DNA of 63,842 nt. Origin: an uncultured Gammaproteobacteria bacterium (lineage in GTDB: Bacteria > Patescibacteriota > Microgenomatia > Levybacterales > GWA1-39-11). Made by a program: the position numbers and the translations under genes. The DNA lies in NCBI GenBank assembly GCA_964557125.1, contig CAZKYX010000001.1, positions 1 to 63,842 of the forward strand, written 5' to 3'. The notes below the pieces were generated by a model. It did no database searches, was not told the DNA's origin, and was given only the letters and a program-made list of their open reading frames with translations. Of the stretch, positions 42,438-51,224 are shown piece after piece. The number at the start of each line of letters is the position of its first letter. Positions within the stretch are counted from its first letter, which is position 1.

Positions 42438-42506
42438 ATGAATTCAGAAGTTATTGTACATGGAAGGGAGGGGACATACAATACGCTGGGTTTTGGTTTT
42501 AGGTTT

Positions 42507-42556
42507 TAGGTTTCCCTCCAAGAGGACTAGCTATTTCATAGCGGCGTAGGTTGTAG
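42507..42556 (-). repeat. 50-nt element, right (inverted) copy of pair B
   Basis: Exact reverse complement of 40364..40413. Confidence 0.9.
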
Positions 42557-42573
42557 GTTGTAGAAACGGTAGG

Positions 42574-42579
42574 TATAAT
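42574..42579 (+). promoter_or_regulatory. -10 TATAAT, 6 nt before ATG 42586
   Basis: Leaderless geometry. A TTGTAG of the heptad array sits 17 nt upstream. Confidence 0.4.
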
Positions 42580-42585
42580 TCTTGC

Positions 42586-43212
42586 ATGTTTGTACATTTT
42601 GAGAATTGGTCTAGATTTGCAAGGGCTGCTGACCCTAGAATTCCTAGTTCTGGACATGTTGTAAAAGCCTATGCATCATTTTCAAATCCACGTGACTTGT
42701 TGGATAGAAATGATTTATTTATTTTAGAGTATACCCACGAGAAATTTAAAAGTGACGAAAAATTTTCTTATGAAGGGAGAGAAGGTTTTTCAGGCGTTGA
42801 ATTGGAGACTGATCTAATTCGGTCTCATGAAATGCCTTTGCGTTTTAAACCTATACTACCGCTTGACGAACTCTCAAAACAAACCACTCGTACACTCATG
42901 AGATTTATGCATTCAAGTGGGTTTCCTGTTGTGCAGCAAGCAATGCTTGCAAAGGATACAGAAGGAAAATGGTATTTTGAACATCCATTTAGCATGCTTC
43001 ATGGTTTTGAAAAGCTTGACCAACGGGCAATAAGGAGCATGTCAATTCACTTGGATATCATAAGCCCCAATTCTTTGGGACTTCTTAGAAATCTGGTTAA
43101 TTGGAAAGATGAGAGTAAACTTTTAGATGTACGTGAGGGAGTAAAATTACGGGAGCACGACTTACAACTGTTTGGAAAAGAGTGGGGAATACATTCTCGA
43201 AAAGAGAGTTAA
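42586..43212 (+). CDS. hypothetical protein (208 aa)
   Basis: Clean ORF with its own -10 box. No motif recognised. Confidence 0.6.
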   Translation: MFVHFENWSRFARAADPRIPSSGHVVKAYASFSNPRDLLDRNDLFILEYTHEKFKSDEKFSYEGREGFSGVELETDLIRSHEMPLRFKPILPLDELSKQTTRTLMRFMHSSGFPVVQQAMLAKDTEGKWYFEHPFSMLHGFEKLDQRAIRSMSIHLDIISPNSLGLLRNLVNWKDESKLLDVREGVKLREHDLQLFGKEWGIHSRKES

Positions 43213-43252
43213 TTTTTGGTAATCTATATTACAGATTTGGTGCGTCACTGAG

Positions 43253-43261
43253 TGGTAACAT
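43253..43261 (+). promoter_or_regulatory. extended -10 TGGTAACAT, 6 nt before ATG 43268
   Basis: Leaderless geometry. Confidence 0.35.
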
Positions 43262-43267
43262 TTAATT

Positions 43268-43933
43268 ATGGTAGAAAGGGCAGCAGTATCACAGAATGAA
43301 ATTCTTGCAAAATCGCTTCAGCTTGCTCATGCAAAAGAAAGAAGAGCGCTTGATATAGAGTCTGCAAAGCAATTTTTTCCAAGTCTTCAAAATAAGCTTC
43401 ACGAATTTATTGATTCAAAATTACCGGATGATTCTCATTTAAGAATTTCAAAAAAGCTAACACCCGAAGAATTGGAGGCGGGTGCAAAGGCAATCAAAGA
43501 TTTATATTTTGGGAGAATAAAGCCAGCACGGCCACCAAGAACACGCGAGCAAATTGAAAGGGAAGAGAAGAATGCAGTGCGTCTAATGGGAAAAATTCCA
43601 ATTGGTAATGAATTTGTAACTGTCACTATCGAAAGAGGTTGCGACATAAGCATATACGAATCAGGTAACAGTACAGACTTAACAATTCGTGTACAAGACC
43701 TACCTTACTTTTATACCCTGAATCGAGGGAGGGGAATGATTTCATCAACTGCTGAAAAACCACTTCCCAGAGGGGGTCCTTATGGGGGTCCTGCTTACAG
43801 AAGCCTACCGGAATGGACACGCGAGTGGAGAACTTCTGATATAGAGAACGTGTCTAATCTCATTGATGTTCTTAGTGAAGATACTGCAATAGTTGAAGCA
43901 AAAGAAATCAGAGTTTATCGTTCTATTTGTTAA
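43268..43933 (+). CDS. hypothetical protein (221 aa)
   Basis: Clean ORF. No motif recognised. Confidence 0.6.
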   Translation: MVERAAVSQNEILAKSLQLAHAKERRALDIESAKQFFPSLQNKLHEFIDSKLPDDSHLRISKKLTPEELEAGAKAIKDLYFGRIKPARPPRTREQIEREEKNAVRLMGKIPIGNEFVTVTIERGCDISIYESGNSTDLTIRVQDLPYFYTLNRGRGMISSTAEKPLPRGGPYGGPAYRSLPEWTREWRTSDIENVSNLIDVLSEDTAIVEAKEIRVYRSIC

Positions 43934-43983
43934 AATTTTCCCACAATGCTAAGGATTCCATCGTTATAATTCTTCTGTAAGGA

Positions 43984-43992
43984 TGGTATAAT
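43984..43992 (+). promoter_or_regulatory. extended -10 TGGTATAAT, 7 nt before ATG 44000
   Basis: Leaderless geometry. Confidence 0.4.
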
Positions 43993-43999
43993 CGCTTCT

Positions 44000-44494
44000 A
44001 TGGAAAATAATAATAAACCAAGCATCGAAGAACAACAGGCATATACAGTGTGGGAGGCAGAAAGTGTTTTAAGGGTTGAGTACCAAGCACCGTTCTTTAC
44101 GAAAGTAGAAATTGAAACAGAAAATATTGCACTTGAGAAAAACCACTTCATTCAAAAATTATTTGATACATTTAAGGATGAATATGAGTATGCAACAGTT
44201 GCAGATGACGCAAAGAATTTAGCTGAATATTTGATTGTTTTTCAGGAGTCTGTCGGTAATCTTCTGTCATATATAAAAAATGAGCATGCGAGGTTCTCAG
44301 CAGAGATTGTTGGGAGCATTACGATTGATAATCTTCGTCAATATGCTATTGAGCAGCATGCAAAGGCATTCAATCTTTTGCAAATCACTCCAGAACGCTA
44401 TGAGGTAATTGCTCTTGCAGAAAAAGAGCACTGGAGAAGAATGGCTGTAGCATCAACTCGAGCATACAATCGCGAGCAGGCTAAAAATTTATGA
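44000..44494 (+). CDS. hypothetical helical protein (164 aa)
   Basis: Clean ORF. Its stop overlaps the next start (ATGA). Confidence 0.6.
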   Translation: MENNNKPSIEEQQAYTVWEAESVLRVEYQAPFFTKVEIETENIALEKNHFIQKLFDTFKDEYEYATVADDAKNLAEYLIVFQESVGNLLSYIKNEHARFSAEIVGSITIDNLRQYAIEQHAKAFNLLQITPERYEVIALAEKEHWRRMAVASTRAYNREQAKNL

Positions 44495-44973
44495 GTGAGG
44501 GATTTGGAGCAAGTGATGAAGCACTGGCTGTCCATTTTGTAGAGAGCTATCTTAGCGTGTCCCCCGCATTGAGAGAAATAAAATTTGTTGTTGAAACACT
44601 ACCAGATTTTCAAGAAGATATTCTATTAAGAGATTTCTATGTAAATTTTTCCAAACAGTTTCCTGAGGAAAAGAATGATAATGAGGATGGAAAAAATCTT
44701 CTTAGTTGCTTTTCCATATGGAAAGAAAATCTTAAAAAGTCCATTGATGCATTTAATACAAAAAACTATCTAACGAAAATACAGAGAATAAATACCATTA
44801 GTCGAGAAAATGCATTGAGTTTTCCTGCAGAAGAACTTGATACATTATTAACAATGTCACCATTTCTAGACAAAAGGGAAGAAGAGGAGCATGAAAAAAA
44901 AATTGATGTATGGAATAGAAATTTTAGAGCTGCAGATAAAGCACAGCAGATGATAGGTCGGCAGAATGCTTGA
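44491..44973 (+). CDS. hypothetical helical protein (160 aa)
   Basis: ATGA-coupled to the upstream gene. Confidence 0.6.
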   Translation: MSEGFGASDEALAVHFVESYLSVSPALREIKFVVETLPDFQEDILLRDFYVNFSKQFPEEKNDNEDGKNLLSCFSIWKENLKKSIDAFNTKNYLTKIQRINTISRENALSFPAEELDTLLTMSPFLDKREEEEHEKKIDVWNRNFRAADKAQQMIGRQNA

Positions 44974-44974
44974 A

Positions 44975-45002
44975 TTGAAATTTAAACGCAAAGCAGTATA
45001 AT
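44975..45002 (+). promoter_or_regulatory. promoter: -35 TTGAAA, 16 nt, -10 TATAAT, 6 nt before ATG 45009
   Basis: Read directly. Confidence 0.45.
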
Positions 45003-45008
45003 GAGCTC

Positions 45009-45536
45009 ATGCAGGAGAAAAAGAGTGAATCCATAGACGAGTTTTTAGCTAGAATGTCTGATAGCTTGGAAGTTTTTGAAAGTACACCGGCTCAAGAGCT
45101 AACGGAAATTGAAAAGTGGGTGCTTGAGTATGAGCAGTTGGATGATGAAACAATCGCTGTAAAAACAAGTCTTATCGATGTGTTTCTCAGGCAATATTAC
45201 TATGGTAAGGGATTAAGTGACGAGATTAACAAAGTTGAAGTTCCCAGAATGAGGGCAACATTTTCCACTTGGCGTAACATAAGGACCCTCTCTTATAAGA
45301 GAATGCCGGAAGAAAAACACCAGAAACTTGCTCGAATAACTGAAGAACTTGAATATAAGGATGTAGCAATTTTTGCCTTCAGGACAGCAAAGGAATACAA
45401 AGAAAAAGTTGATACTCTTTTAATTGGAACAGATCCAGCACGGTCAGCACGTGTAAATTATCAAGCATTCAAAATTATTGAAAATACTGCTATAGAGGCC
45501 CAAAGAATTGAAGACGAGATGCATACTTCACATTAA
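45009..45536 (+). CDS. hypothetical helical protein (175 aa)
   Basis: Clean ORF. Size and charge pattern are similar to the two preceding genes. Confidence 0.6.
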   Translation: MQEKKSESIDEFLARMSDSLEVFESTPAQELTEIEKWVLEYEQLDDETIAVKTSLIDVFLRQYYYGKGLSDEINKVEVPRMRATFSTWRNIRTLSYKRMPEEKHQKLARITEELEYKDVAIFAFRTAKEYKEKVDTLLIGTDPARSARVNYQAFKIIENTAIEAQRIEDEMHTSH

Positions 45537-45540
45537 TTCG

Positions 45541-45548
45541 TGTAAACT
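45541..45548 (+). promoter_or_regulatory. extended -10 TGTAAACT, 6 nt before ATG 45555
   Basis: Leaderless geometry. Confidence 0.35.
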
Positions 45549-45554
45549 GAAAGT

Positions 45555-46226
45555 ATGTTTTTAGGACTTTTTTTTGGTGAGCTTTTTTTACTCTTTATTT
45601 TTTCAAGAATGCTTACTTCAGAGCTTTCATTTCTTTTTTTCAAACTATTTCGCTCACGAAAATTGTCTGTCTATCTTATAGCCCTTCTTTTTTTACCGGG
45701 GACACTCATCCATGAATTGGCACATGCAACTATGGCATTTGTGTTACTCGTGCCAGTGGGTGAGCTAGAACTTGTTCCGAAAATTCACGGGAATTCATTG
45801 AAATTAGGTAGTGTTCAGGTGGGAAGAACTGATATTGTGAGAAACTTCTTGATTGGAGTGGCGCCCTTCTTCGTTGGTACTGCGCTTATTCTTGCAACGC
45901 TGGCTTTTATTATTAACTTTGGTGTACTTCAAAATATTTGGTTGTTGATTCTTTCTGGGTTTATTGTCTTCGTTATAGGCAATACCATGTTTTCTTCAAA
46001 AAAGGATATGGAAGGGGCAATCGAATTTATTGTTCTCTTAGTTGTAGCACTAGGCTTTCTATTTTTCTTAGGAGTAGATTATGCTGCACTGGGAAGCAAG
46101 TTGTTGGGAGAAGGTAAAGTGTCTCAGTTGTTTGAAATCGGGTCGCTATTTTTGCTTGCTCCGCTTTTTATTGACACGTTAATTATTGGAATCTCTCGAT
46201 TTTTTAATACCAGACTTTATAACTAG
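45555..46226 (+). CDS. polytopic membrane protein with HExxH motif (putative intramembrane zinc metalloprotease)
   Basis: 223 aa, ~6 TM. LIHELAHATMA at the end of TM2. Confidence 0.6.
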   Translation: MFLGLFFGELFLLFIFSRMLTSELSFLFFKLFRSRKLSVYLIALLFLPGTLIHELAHATMAFVLLVPVGELELVPKIHGNSLKLGSVQVGRTDIVRNFLIGVAPFFVGTALILATLAFIINFGVLQNIWLLILSGFIVFVIGNTMFSSKKDMEGAIEFIVLLVVALGFLFFLGVDYAALGSKLLGEGKVSQLFEIGSLFLLAPLFIDTLIIGISRFFNTRLYN

Positions 46227-46231
46227 AAAGC

Positions 46232-46260
46232 TTGACTAACCCACCTTCAAGCACTAAAAT
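46232..46260 (+). promoter_or_regulatory. promoter: -35 TTGACT, 17 nt, -10 TAAAAT, 6 nt before ATG 46267
   Basis: Near-consensus hexamers and spacing. Confidence 0.5.
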
Positions 46261-46266
46261 TCTCCC

Positions 46267-46644
46267 ATGGCTATAGAAGTTCTCAATTTGTTTGTTAACG
46301 ATAAAGATAATTCAGACCAAATCATTGCAAGGCATGTGCTTGTTGGAGGAACTGTCAAAAAAAATGAATTTCTCGTTCACACCCCAATAATGATTTTGGT
46401 TGCAAAAGATGAAAAGGATGCCGGCGTGCTTATTCAAAATTTAAAGAAAATTGAATCGTGTCATTACGTGACGGCAGATGATATGGATGGTGTGGATACG
46501 TCTAGGCAAAAACACATAAATCTTAAGCCTGGCGAAGAAATTAGAATATGGGAAGAATACTCACCAAGAGAAATTTGGATACGACACAACCCTAGTGAGT
46601 CAAACGTAGAAGAACCTCTAAAGCAAACACCAATGGCAGTATAG
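46267..46644 (+). CDS. hypothetical protein (125 aa)
   Basis: Clean ORF. Converges with zero gap on the ABC-F gene. Confidence 0.55.
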   Translation: MAIEVLNLFVNDKDNSDQIIARHVLVGGTVKKNEFLVHTPIMILVAKDEKDAGVLIQNLKKIESCHYVTADDMDGVDTSRQKHINLKPGEEIRIWEEYSPREIWIRHNPSESNVEEPLKQTPMAV

Positions 46645-48123
46645 TTACATCAAACTAACTTTATCCAATAACTCGTCATTCCATGATGTAACTTTATTTT
46701 CCGGCAGCAGAAGTGCTCTATCAGGTTTTAATTCCTTTATAAAATCTTCTGTGTGACTCACGATAAGTATTGCACCGGTATATTTTTTGAGCGCCTCCAG
46801 AATTATTCTTTGCGACAACACGTCAAGATAGGTGGTTGGTTCATCTAGTACCAGCAGATTATAATTCTTTAGAAGCAGTAAGGCAATTGAAAGTCTTGTT
46901 TTTTCTCCTCCAGAAAGAGTCTTGATGGTCTGAAATACCTTTGTGCCGTTGAATAAAAATGCTGCCAGAAAAGAACGGATTTTTTCTTCAGGAAGTGCAG
47001 CAATGCCACTAATTGTTTCAATAAGCGTTTTATTAAAATCAAATGACTCAAATTCCTGAGAGTAGTATCCAATATTAAGTCTTTCATCTTTGATAACTTC
47101 TCCTGAATCGGGTTCTAAATTCCCCATGATTATTTTTATCAGAGTACTTTTTCCAACACCGTTGGGTCCAACAAGCGCAATTTTTTCACCTCTTCTTATA
47201 GACAATGACAAATTTTCAAACACTTCTTTTTCTCCATATGATTTGGCAACATCAATAACGCGTACCGGAGAGTCGCCAACTGGCTGTGGTATTGGAAGAT
47301 TAATATGAATTCTTTTTGCCTCTTTGGGTAGTGGTGGGAGACTTTCTTTAATTCTTTCGATACGTTTTTGCAATTGGACTCTTTGTCTTACTCCTTTTTC
47401 TGACTTTCTACCCATTAGTCCCACAAGGCTTTTTTCCATTCTTTTTACGTGTTTTGTTTCACTTAAGATTTGACGCGTGAGCAGGGCATCGTGTTGTTCT
47501 TTTAATTTTAGAAATTGAGTATAGTTGCCTTTATATTCTTCGATAGAACCTTTTTGCGGATTTATGGTAATAACTTTATCAATAGCGCTATCTAAAAGTT
47601 CTAAGTCATGGGAGACAAGAATAAGCGCTTTGGGGTAGGTGCTTAAAAAATTCATAACCCAAGCTTTTCCTTTGGTGTCAAGAAAGTTGGTTGGTTCATC
47701 AAGGAGTAGGGTGTCTGGTTCATGAAGAAGGGCTCTGGCAATTGCTAACTTTGTTTTTTGTCCACCACTTAAATGATGAGGCTCATCATACAATTCGATA
47801 TCATTAAGCTCTAGACCATGCAGGATATCTAAGAGTTCTTTGTCATCCCGAATGTAATGCTCATCTAAATATTCCCGGGCCGTATGACACTTTTCTAATA
47901 TTGTGTCGCGTTTAACTTCTTGAGGAACAAGCGTTATTGAGCCATCAATAATTACTTCTCCTTCCTTTGGCATTTCCTCTCGCATCAGGAGTTTGAATAA
48001 CGTGCTTTTACCCGCCCCATTTGGTCCGGCAAGTCCGACAATCTGATCGTTGCCCACAGTAAAGCTAATATCAGTAAAGATAGGGCGAAGATGTGCAAAC
48101 GTTACATTTTTTACTTGAATCAT
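46645..48123 (-). CDS. ABC-F family ATPase (two ABC domains, no TM)
   Basis: 492 aa. Walker A GPNGAGKST and GPNGVGKST. Signatures LSGGQKTKL and LSGGEKTRL. Confidence 0.9.
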   Translation of the reverse strand: MIQVKNVTFAHLRPIFTDISFTVGNDQIVGLAGPNGAGKSTLFKLLMREEMPKEGEVIIDGSITLVPQEVKRDTILEKCHTAREYLDEHYIRDDKELLDILHGLELNDIELYDEPHHLSGGQKTKLAIARALLHEPDTLLLDEPTNFLDTKGKAWVMNFLSTYPKALILVSHDLELLDSAIDKVITINPQKGSIEEYKGNYTQFLKLKEQHDALLTRQILSETKHVKRMEKSLVGLMGRKSEKGVRQRVQLQKRIERIKESLPPLPKEAKRIHINLPIPQPVGDSPVRVIDVAKSYGEKEVFENLSLSIRRGEKIALVGPNGVGKSTLIKIIMGNLEPDSGEVIKDERLNIGYYSQEFESFDFNKTLIETISGIAALPEEKIRSFLAAFLFNGTKVFQTIKTLSGGEKTRLSIALLLLKNYNLLVLDEPTTYLDVLSQRIILEALKKYTGAILIVSHTEDFIKELKPDRALLLPENKVTSWNDELLDKVSLM

Positions 48124-48193
48124 ACAGGCTCATATTATGAGGCTTTGGGGCAATGAAGTCAAAGACGCAAGTTTGGGATAAATAAGGAACAGC

Positions 48194-49450
48194 TTACAGT
48201 AGGTCTAAAATTAATGTGCTCCACCCAAAGTTTTTTCTCCTATAACCGGTTCCGGTTTCGGGGTTGTAGTATTCTCGAAATCCTTCCTTTTCAATCATTT
48301 CAGCGGTTTTTTTAATAACCTTGTCTGCTATTTCATGATACCCATGCTTTTGTAGTCCTTTTATAACAAACCAATTCGTTGCTATCCATGTTGGACCTCG
48401 CCACAAAAGTTTTACTTGATGCAGTGGTGTATCGGTTGGAACATAATATTTCTCATCTTTAGCAACCGTTGGAAATGGGAACTCTGTAAAAAATTCCTCA
48501 GGATTTAAAAGATGTTTTTCAACAAGTGTTTTAAGTTGTGCGCCTTTTAATCCATCTAGGAAAAGTGGGATAAGAGAGGCTACTGTTTTGACTTTTGCAA
48601 ATGTTTCATTTTCAGAATAAAGAGAATAGAAAATTCCATCTTCCTTGTCCCAGCATTTCGAAATTAGGGACTTCTCACTTTTATTTGCGAGCTCTTCAAA
48701 GAATGAGCTTTCCTTCGCATTCTTAATTTCGGCAAACAAACGGGATAGAGAGCGAGCACTTTCGATAAAAACAACATTGAACAATAATTCTTCAACATTA
48801 AAATAGTTCTTTTTAAGAATTTTCTTACTGTCAAATCTATAACGGTGATTTAGAAAGTCCCCTTTTCTATAGGTGTAATGAAGTCTTGCTGTATCAAGTC
48901 CCGTGTATCCAGCTGCGACTTGGAATACCGGCAATTCATCCATTCCACTTTCATTTGGGGAAATAATAGAGACAAGAAAATCATTATCAACATCTCGATT
49001 CTCAAGCAGCCATCTATGATTTTTAGCAAGTTTTGGTAATACTTCTTCCAAAAATTTCTTGTCCTTGTCTTTTTCATAAATACTTTCAACTGATAATGGA
49101 AAAACGGGTGGTTGGGTTATGGCAGTCGTTCTTGGTCTTATTGAAAGCGCACTTTCAATATATGCCCAGTGTGGAAGCCTTTTTTTGCTTCCCCAAAAAA
49201 TTATGTGTGGTAGGAATCCATTTTCCCATTGTGCAAGTAGGTGGTTTCGAATTTCATTTTTTGCCCACAGTGCATCAAAGTGTGAAAGTACAATGGAATG
49301 AAAGCCTGTGTCCCATAACCACTGATAGACATATTCTTTGTTGGCCGGTGCAATAAATTTATAGTTTGAGTTTTTCCAAGTAGAGTAACCCTGAAAAGTA
49401 TTTAGGGTAAATATTTCCTTTGCCTTATCTATGACATCTGATTTCTTCAT
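48194..49450 (-). CDS. GH63-like (alpha/alpha)6-barrel glycoside hydrolase
   Basis: 418 aa. QWLWDTGFHS resembles the GH63 signature (FLWDEGFH). Confidence 0.6.
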   Translation of the reverse strand: MKKSDVIDKAKEIFTLNTFQGYSTWKNSNYKFIAPANKEYVYQWLWDTGFHSIVLSHFDALWAKNEIRNHLLAQWENGFLPHIIFWGSKKRLPHWAYIESALSIRPRTTAITQPPVFPLSVESIYEKDKDKKFLEEVLPKLAKNHRWLLENRDVDNDFLVSIISPNESGMDELPVFQVAAGYTGLDTARLHYTYRKGDFLNHRYRFDSKKILKKNYFNVEELLFNVVFIESARSLSRLFAEIKNAKESSFFEELANKSEKSLISKCWDKEDGIFYSLYSENETFAKVKTVASLIPLFLDGLKGAQLKTLVEKHLLNPEEFFTEFPFPTVAKDEKYYVPTDTPLHQVKLLWRGPTWIATNWFVIKGLQKHGYHEIADKVIKKTAEMIEKEGFREYYNPETGTGYRRKNFGWSTLILDLL

Positions 49451-49548
49451 GAGTGTAGAAAGTATTACGTATTATGTAGTATGTATAAACGTCATACAGC
49501 TACAAAGATTTTTGCATAATTCATACTACTTGATACTTAATTCTGAGG

Positions 49549-50085
49549 CTATGCGTCGGGGTCTGGGGGCAAAAATTCTTCTCCGTTAGCTTCTTGCTTT
49601 GGGGCATATTCTCCAGCCTTAAGCCATTGGACATAGGTACATCCTGTTGCTTCTCTTTTTGCACTGTCCCAACCGCTTGTTGAGCATTTCTTCATTTTTT
49701 TTCCAGCAGCTGTTGTGTAGAGAACTAATTTGCTTCCGCATGTTGGACAGTCCTCATCTAGCTGTTCTGTGGTTCCTGAAATCCATTCAATATAGTCACA
49801 TCCTTCAGCTGTTTTTGTTTCTTTATTCCAAGAATTCGTTGAGCACTTCTTCATCTTTTTACCAAATCTAGTAACCATCATAACGAGCGGGTTATCGCAT
49901 TTAGGACATTTTTCGTCAAGTGTTTCTGGTTCTACTTCCAGCCATTTTACGTATTCGCAACCTTCATTTTTCTTGGTTTCTGCATTCCAACTACCTGTGG
50001 AACAGCGCTGCAACTTGCGACCTGTTGGGGTGGTGGTAACTTCTGCGAGCGGGTTACCGCATTTCGGACATTTTTCTTCAGCCAT
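49549..50085 (-). CDS. protein of three tandem topoisomerase-type C4 zinc-ribbon repeats
   Basis: 178 aa. Three copies of CPKCGNPL...KKCST..WN.ETK..EGC.Y..W. Confidence 0.7.
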   Translation of the reverse strand: MAEEKCPKCGNPLAEVTTTPTGRKLQRCSTGSWNAETKKNEGCEYVKWLEVEPETLDEKCPKCDNPLVMMVTRFGKKMKKCSTNSWNKETKTAEGCDYIEWISGTTEQLDEDCPTCGSKLVLYTTAAGKKMKKCSTSGWDSAKREATGCTYVQWLKAGEYAPKQEANGEEFLPPDPDA

Positions 50086-50162
50086 GGGATTTATCGTACG
50101 GGTTTTATTCTAGTAAGTCAATAATCAAATATACAAATAATCCAATAATCAAACAATCAAAT

Positions 50163-50786
50163 CTAGAATCCTAAATCTTCTTTGACAAAAATAAGAGTAA
50201 TTCTTGCAGGATTGAGTTCTCTTTGCAGAACAAACAATTTGTTAACATTACTTCCTGATTCTGGTCCATAGACCTCTTTCATTCTCACGTCTTCTTGGGG
50301 GAGAACGTGGGTGTTAATTCTCTCAAAAGCGCTGTCAAGGTTGCTAACAATTTTTTTAGTACTCACAACCCAAATGACGTGTGATGCGCCATATGTATAC
50401 GCTGGCAATTGACTTCCAGAGCCAGATGCAACAACAACTTTTCCGTCCTCAGTCACCGCATGCACACTTCCGACAACATACTCAGGTGCGGCTCCAATTC
50501 GTTGCATTTCAAGACCGTCAGTCTCGCGATTTAGTTTAGTCAATTTGTTTTTAATGGAGTCAAACTTGCCAGAATCATTAAGAGTTTCTGTAAGTCCTAG
50601 CTGATTTAAGGTAGTTGAAGTTGCGGTCATAACCTCTCTGCCTTCTGGTATGAGGGACAGCACTTTCTCAACAGCTTCTTTTCCATTTTCTGCTGTTAGT
50701 ACCGTTATGCCATGCTCTGCAAGTGATTTTGAAGCGGTTGTGATTTGTGTGTCTGATGCAAGTGATGAGTAATTGTTTTTATCCAT
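50163..50786 (-). CDS. LUD-domain (LutC/YkgG-like) protein
   Basis: 207 aa. Overall pattern resembles the DUF162/LUD family. By-eye call only. Confidence 0.5.
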   Translation of the reverse strand: MDKNNYSSLASDTQITTASKSLAEHGITVLTAENGKEAVEKVLSLIPEGREVMTATSTTLNQLGLTETLNDSGKFDSIKNKLTKLNRETDGLEMQRIGAAPEYVVGSVHAVTEDGKVVVASGSGSQLPAYTYGASHVIWVVSTKKIVSNLDSAFERINTHVLPQEDVRMKEVYGPESGSNVNKLFVLQRELNPARITLIFVKEDLGF

Positions 50787-50865
50787 GTCTATGCTATACT
50801 ATAAATACTAACCGAATTTCGGGCAAGTACCTACTAAAAAGTAGGGTAGTATATAAAAAGTAACT

Positions 50866-51198
50866 ATGAAGCAACAAATATCTCTCGGATGTTCTTCTGT
50901 AAAGACAACACTTGATGTGATTGGTGGAAAATGGAAACCTCTTATCATGTTCCTGTTGACAAAAGAAACAATGCGCTTTTCTGAATTGCAGAAAGGAATA
51001 GGGGGAATAACCCAAAAGATGTTGACTCAGCAACTCAGAGAACTTGAAAGCGATAAGCTTATTTCACGAAAGGTATACGCTCAAGTTCCTCCAAAGGTAG
51101 AGTATTCCATAACTTCTTATGGCAAAACACTTATCCCTGTATTTAAAACAATGCACCAGTGGGGTTTGGTTCACACGAAGCACAACGCAAATCTTTAG
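50866..51198 (+). CDS. HxlR family transcriptional regulator
   Basis: 110 aa. TLDVIGGKWKPLIMFLL and F.ELQK.I.GITQKMLTQQLRELE. Confidence 0.85.
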   Translation: MKQQISLGCSSVKTTLDVIGGKWKPLIMFLLTKETMRFSELQKGIGGITQKMLTQQLRELESDKLISRKVYAQVPPKVEYSITSYGKTLIPVFKTMHQWGLVHTKHNANL

Positions 51199-51209
51199 CT
51201 TGAGTTGTT

Positions 51210-51218
51210 TGCTATACT
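51210..51218 (+). promoter_or_regulatory. extended -10 TGCTATACT, 6 nt before ATG 51225
   Basis: Leaderless geometry. Confidence 0.4.
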
Positions 51219-51224
51219 ATTCTT

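Noticed and set aside
37839-42556. Inverted-repeat pairs A and B considered as the ends of a composite transposon or insertion sequence.
   Set aside because: No transposase, integrase or recombinase gene lies between or beside them, and no target-site duplication is visible. They are reported as possible inversion substrates or 3' elements instead.
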